A DNA stretch of 64,000 nt from Granulicella sp. (GTDB lineage: Bacteria > Acidobacteriota > Terriglobia > Terriglobales > Acidobacteriaceae): assembly GCA_027339965.1 (NCBI GenBank), contig DAHWNL010000034.1, positions 1 through 64,000 of the forward strand. Direction: 5' to 3'. The notes beneath the pieces are model-generated. The model saw only the letters and a list, made by a program, of their open reading frames with translations. It ran no database searches and was not told the origin of the DNA. Below, piece after piece: positions 63,883 to 64,000 of the stretch (position 1 is its first letter; every line of letters begins with the position of its first letter). Made by a program: the position numbers and the translations under genes.

Positions 63883-64000
63883 GCAGGCTCTGTTCTGTCT
63901 CTCACCCTGAGACTCTTTGGATGTCGCCGCCGGCCGACCGATGCACAGAATTCAGGACCGGAGCCTTTAACAGAGTAAAAGCCTCCCGCTTCAGCGATGT

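Overview
GC-rich (roughly 60%) bacterial chromosome segment. Gene content and protein styles suggest Acidobacteriota, probably Terriglobia/subdivision 1 (inference). It is mostly housekeeping: envelope genes (pal-like, lolA, OmpA-like, amidase-GerMN-murI, gmhA), an amtB-PII-glnD nitrogen operon, an orphan nuoB, glgX, engB, ino1, chdC/hemQ, nth, lexA, a fatty-acid beta-oxidation cluster, rsmA, ruvC, fabI, an ABC-F ATPase and bshC. I found no CRISPR array, rRNA, integrase or transposase. The most unusual element is a non-canonical tRNA-Glu-like gene at 3477-3554. It has intact acceptor and D arms and an encoded CCA, but an 8-nt anticodon loop without U33 and a bulged T-stem. It lies divergent from a protein with the PNPOx+DUF2470 architecture of the glutamyl-tRNA-reductase-binding/HugZ family. 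Other observations: a candidate structured sRNA near 19983-20140; a TANNNT box 6-7 nt before the start codon of at least nine genes, suggesting leaderless mRNAs; an orphan response regulator with Asp-to-Glu at the phosphoacceptor beside a fliJ relic; and several genes eroded by internal deletion or frameshift. All protein calls come from motif recognition by eye, not database searches. Several start codons were moved downstream of the ORF-track starts.
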